A stretch of DNA of 37,264 nucleotides from a virus. Taxonomy: Duplodnaviria > Heunggongvirae > Uroviricota > Caudoviricetes. The stretch lies in IMG/VR virus record IMGVR_UViG_2778261068_000007, positions 1-37,264 of that record; one strand, given 5' to 3'. Below, one piece after another: positions 36,197 through 37,264 of this stretch (position 1 is its first letter; every line of letters begins with the position of its first letter). The notes beneath the pieces are model-generated. The model saw only the letters and a program-made list of their open reading frames with translations, was not told where the DNA came from and did no database searches. The position numbers were made by a program, and so were the translations under genes.

Positions 36197-36232
36197 AAAA
36201 CCCGCAGCGTAAATACTGCGGGTTTTCTTTTT
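36197..36232 (+). terminator. Rho-independent terminator of the hok-like transcript
   Basis: aaaacccgcag-cgtaaata-ctgcgggtttt followed by CTTTTT. Confidence 0.6.
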
Positions 36233-36273
36233 GGTACCCTCACAAATGAGGGCACCATCCGTAAGCAATAGGC

Positions 36274-36293
36274 ATAACAAATCAATTTGTTAT
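36274..36293. promoter_or_regulatory. Perfect 20-bp palindrome upstream of the com-like gene (candidate operator)
   Basis: ataacaaat-ca-atttgttat, 37 bp upstream of the Com-like start. Confidence 0.4.
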
Positions 36294-36330
36294 CATATCG
36301 GCAGCAGTAACCACATAAGAGGTGCCGCAG

Positions 36331-36528
36331 ATGATGCAAAATATACGATGCAAAAATTGCTATAAATTACTTGCCCGCGCCTCATTTCACCACATTGAAA
36401 TAAAATGTCCGCGTTGCAAAACCCTTAACCAGGTAACGAGAGCCATCGAGCCCCCCACACACATGAGGAGCTATGACCGTGGGGATCGCAATCCAGCACA
36501 AAACAGCCCATACCCCGGAATACACTAA
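36331..36528 (+). CDS. com: Mu Com-like zinc-finger protein (candidate translational activator)
   Basis: MMQNIRCKNCYKLLARASFHHIEIKCPRCKTLNQV parallels remembered Mu Com (MKSIRCKNCNKLLFKADSFDHIEIRCPRCKRHIIM); RBS aagagg 8 nt upstream; 3' end overlaps the methyltransferase start by 56 nt. Confidence 0.7.
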   Translation: MMQNIRCKNCYKLLARASFHHIEIKCPRCKTLNQVTRAIEPPTHMRSYDRGDRNPAQNSPYPGIH

Positions 36529-37264
36529 GATTTACCAGACTGACAATGCCACGCTCTGCTGTGGGAATGCACTGGAAATATTGCCGCTGATTGAGCCAGA
36601 AAGCATTGATGCCTTAATCACTGATCCGCCTTACAGCTCAGGGGCAACACACAAGGCCGGACGCACCAACCAGGGCAGCCACGCAAAATATCTGAACGGC
36701 GAGAGCCTTCACCGCTTTGATGGATTTGCGGGTGAAAATATGGATGCCCGTTCGTGGGCTTACTGGACACAATTATGGATGGCACAGGCATACCGCGCAG
36801 TCAGGCCGGGCGGTTATGCCCTGGTGTTTACTGACTGGCGGCAACTGCCTGCTTTAACCGATGCGTTTCAGGCCAGCGGCTTTACATGGCGTGGAATCAT
36901 TGCGTGGAACAAAGGGAGGGGGTCACGAACACCCCATACCGGGTATTTCCGGCATCAGTGCGAATACATCGTCTGGGGCAGTAAAGGCCATTTAGGTAAA
37001 TCGCCTTCGGGACCGTTCGACGGCTGCATGACGTTCCCGGTTATCCCGTCAAAGAAACTGCATCCGACCGGAAAACCAGAAGAGTTAATGGCGGAGCTGG
37101 TCAGGACTGCGAATAGAGGCGGAACAGTCCTTGATCCTTTTATGGGGTCAGGGACAACGGGTATTGCAGCACTGAAAGCAGGACGCAAATTTATTGGTAT
37201 AGAAACCAGTGATCATTATTTTGATGTAGCAACACAACGGCTCAAAACGGCGATCGAACCATAA
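36473..37264 (+). CDS. DNA methyltransferase, N6-adenine or N4-cytosine, beta-class
   Basis: Catalytic motif ITDPPYSS precedes the AdoMet-binding motif DPFMGSGTT (beta-class order); start overlaps the end of the Com-like gene; alternative GTG start at 36479. Confidence 0.85.
   Translation: MTVGIAIQHKTAHTPEYTKIYQTDNATLCCGNALEILPLIEPESIDALITDPPYSSGATHKAGRTNQGSHAKYLNGESLHRFDGFAGENMDARSWAYWTQLWMAQAYRAVRPGGYALVFTDWRQLPALTDAFQASGFTWRGIIAWNKGRGSRTPHTGYFRHQCEYIVWGSKGHLGKSPSGPFDGCMTFPVIPSKKLHPTGKPEELMAELVRTANRGGTVLDPFMGSGTTGIAALKAGRKFIGIETSDHYFDVATQRLKTAIEP

Noticed and set aside
36112-36260. Structured GC-rich hairpins after the hok-like ORF considered as a possible tRNA or att site
   Set aside because: No cloverleaf could be folded by eye; the structures are better explained as Hok mRNA 3' fold-back elements plus an intrinsic terminator. 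No tRNA, rRNA or CRISPR array was seen anywhere in the window.

Overview
The window is a near-complete P2-like (Peduovirus-type) temperate prophage, probably from an enterobacterium. All calls rest on reading the six-frame translations against remembered P2 family proteins; no database search was run. Left to right: an AT-rich two-gene cargo abutting int; the immunity switch (int, C-like repressor, palindromic operator, Cox-like gene); small early genes and the rolling-circle initiator A; a variable region carrying a ParM/ParR-type partition cassette, a ClpX zinc-binding-domain-only protein and an ASCH-like protein; a probable cos region; leftward portal and terminase (Q, P); rightward O-N-M-L-X, a lysis cassette, and baseplate/fibre genes R-S-V-W-J-I-H-G; a Gin/Hin-type invertible tail-fibre segment with its invertase; the sheath/tube/chaperone/tape-measure/U block, which is on the opposite strand to canonical P2 order; gpD; an AT-rich island encoding a 500-aa PIN-domain protein between D and ogr; ogr; a hok/mok-like type I toxin locus; and a Mu Com-like zinc finger coupled to a DPPY DNA methyltransferase. 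No tRNA, rRNA or CRISPR array was seen, and the att sites were not identified. The best candidates for an undescribed system are the PIN-domain island, the ClpX-ZBD decoy-like gene, the int-adjacent cargo pair and the Com-MTase pair.
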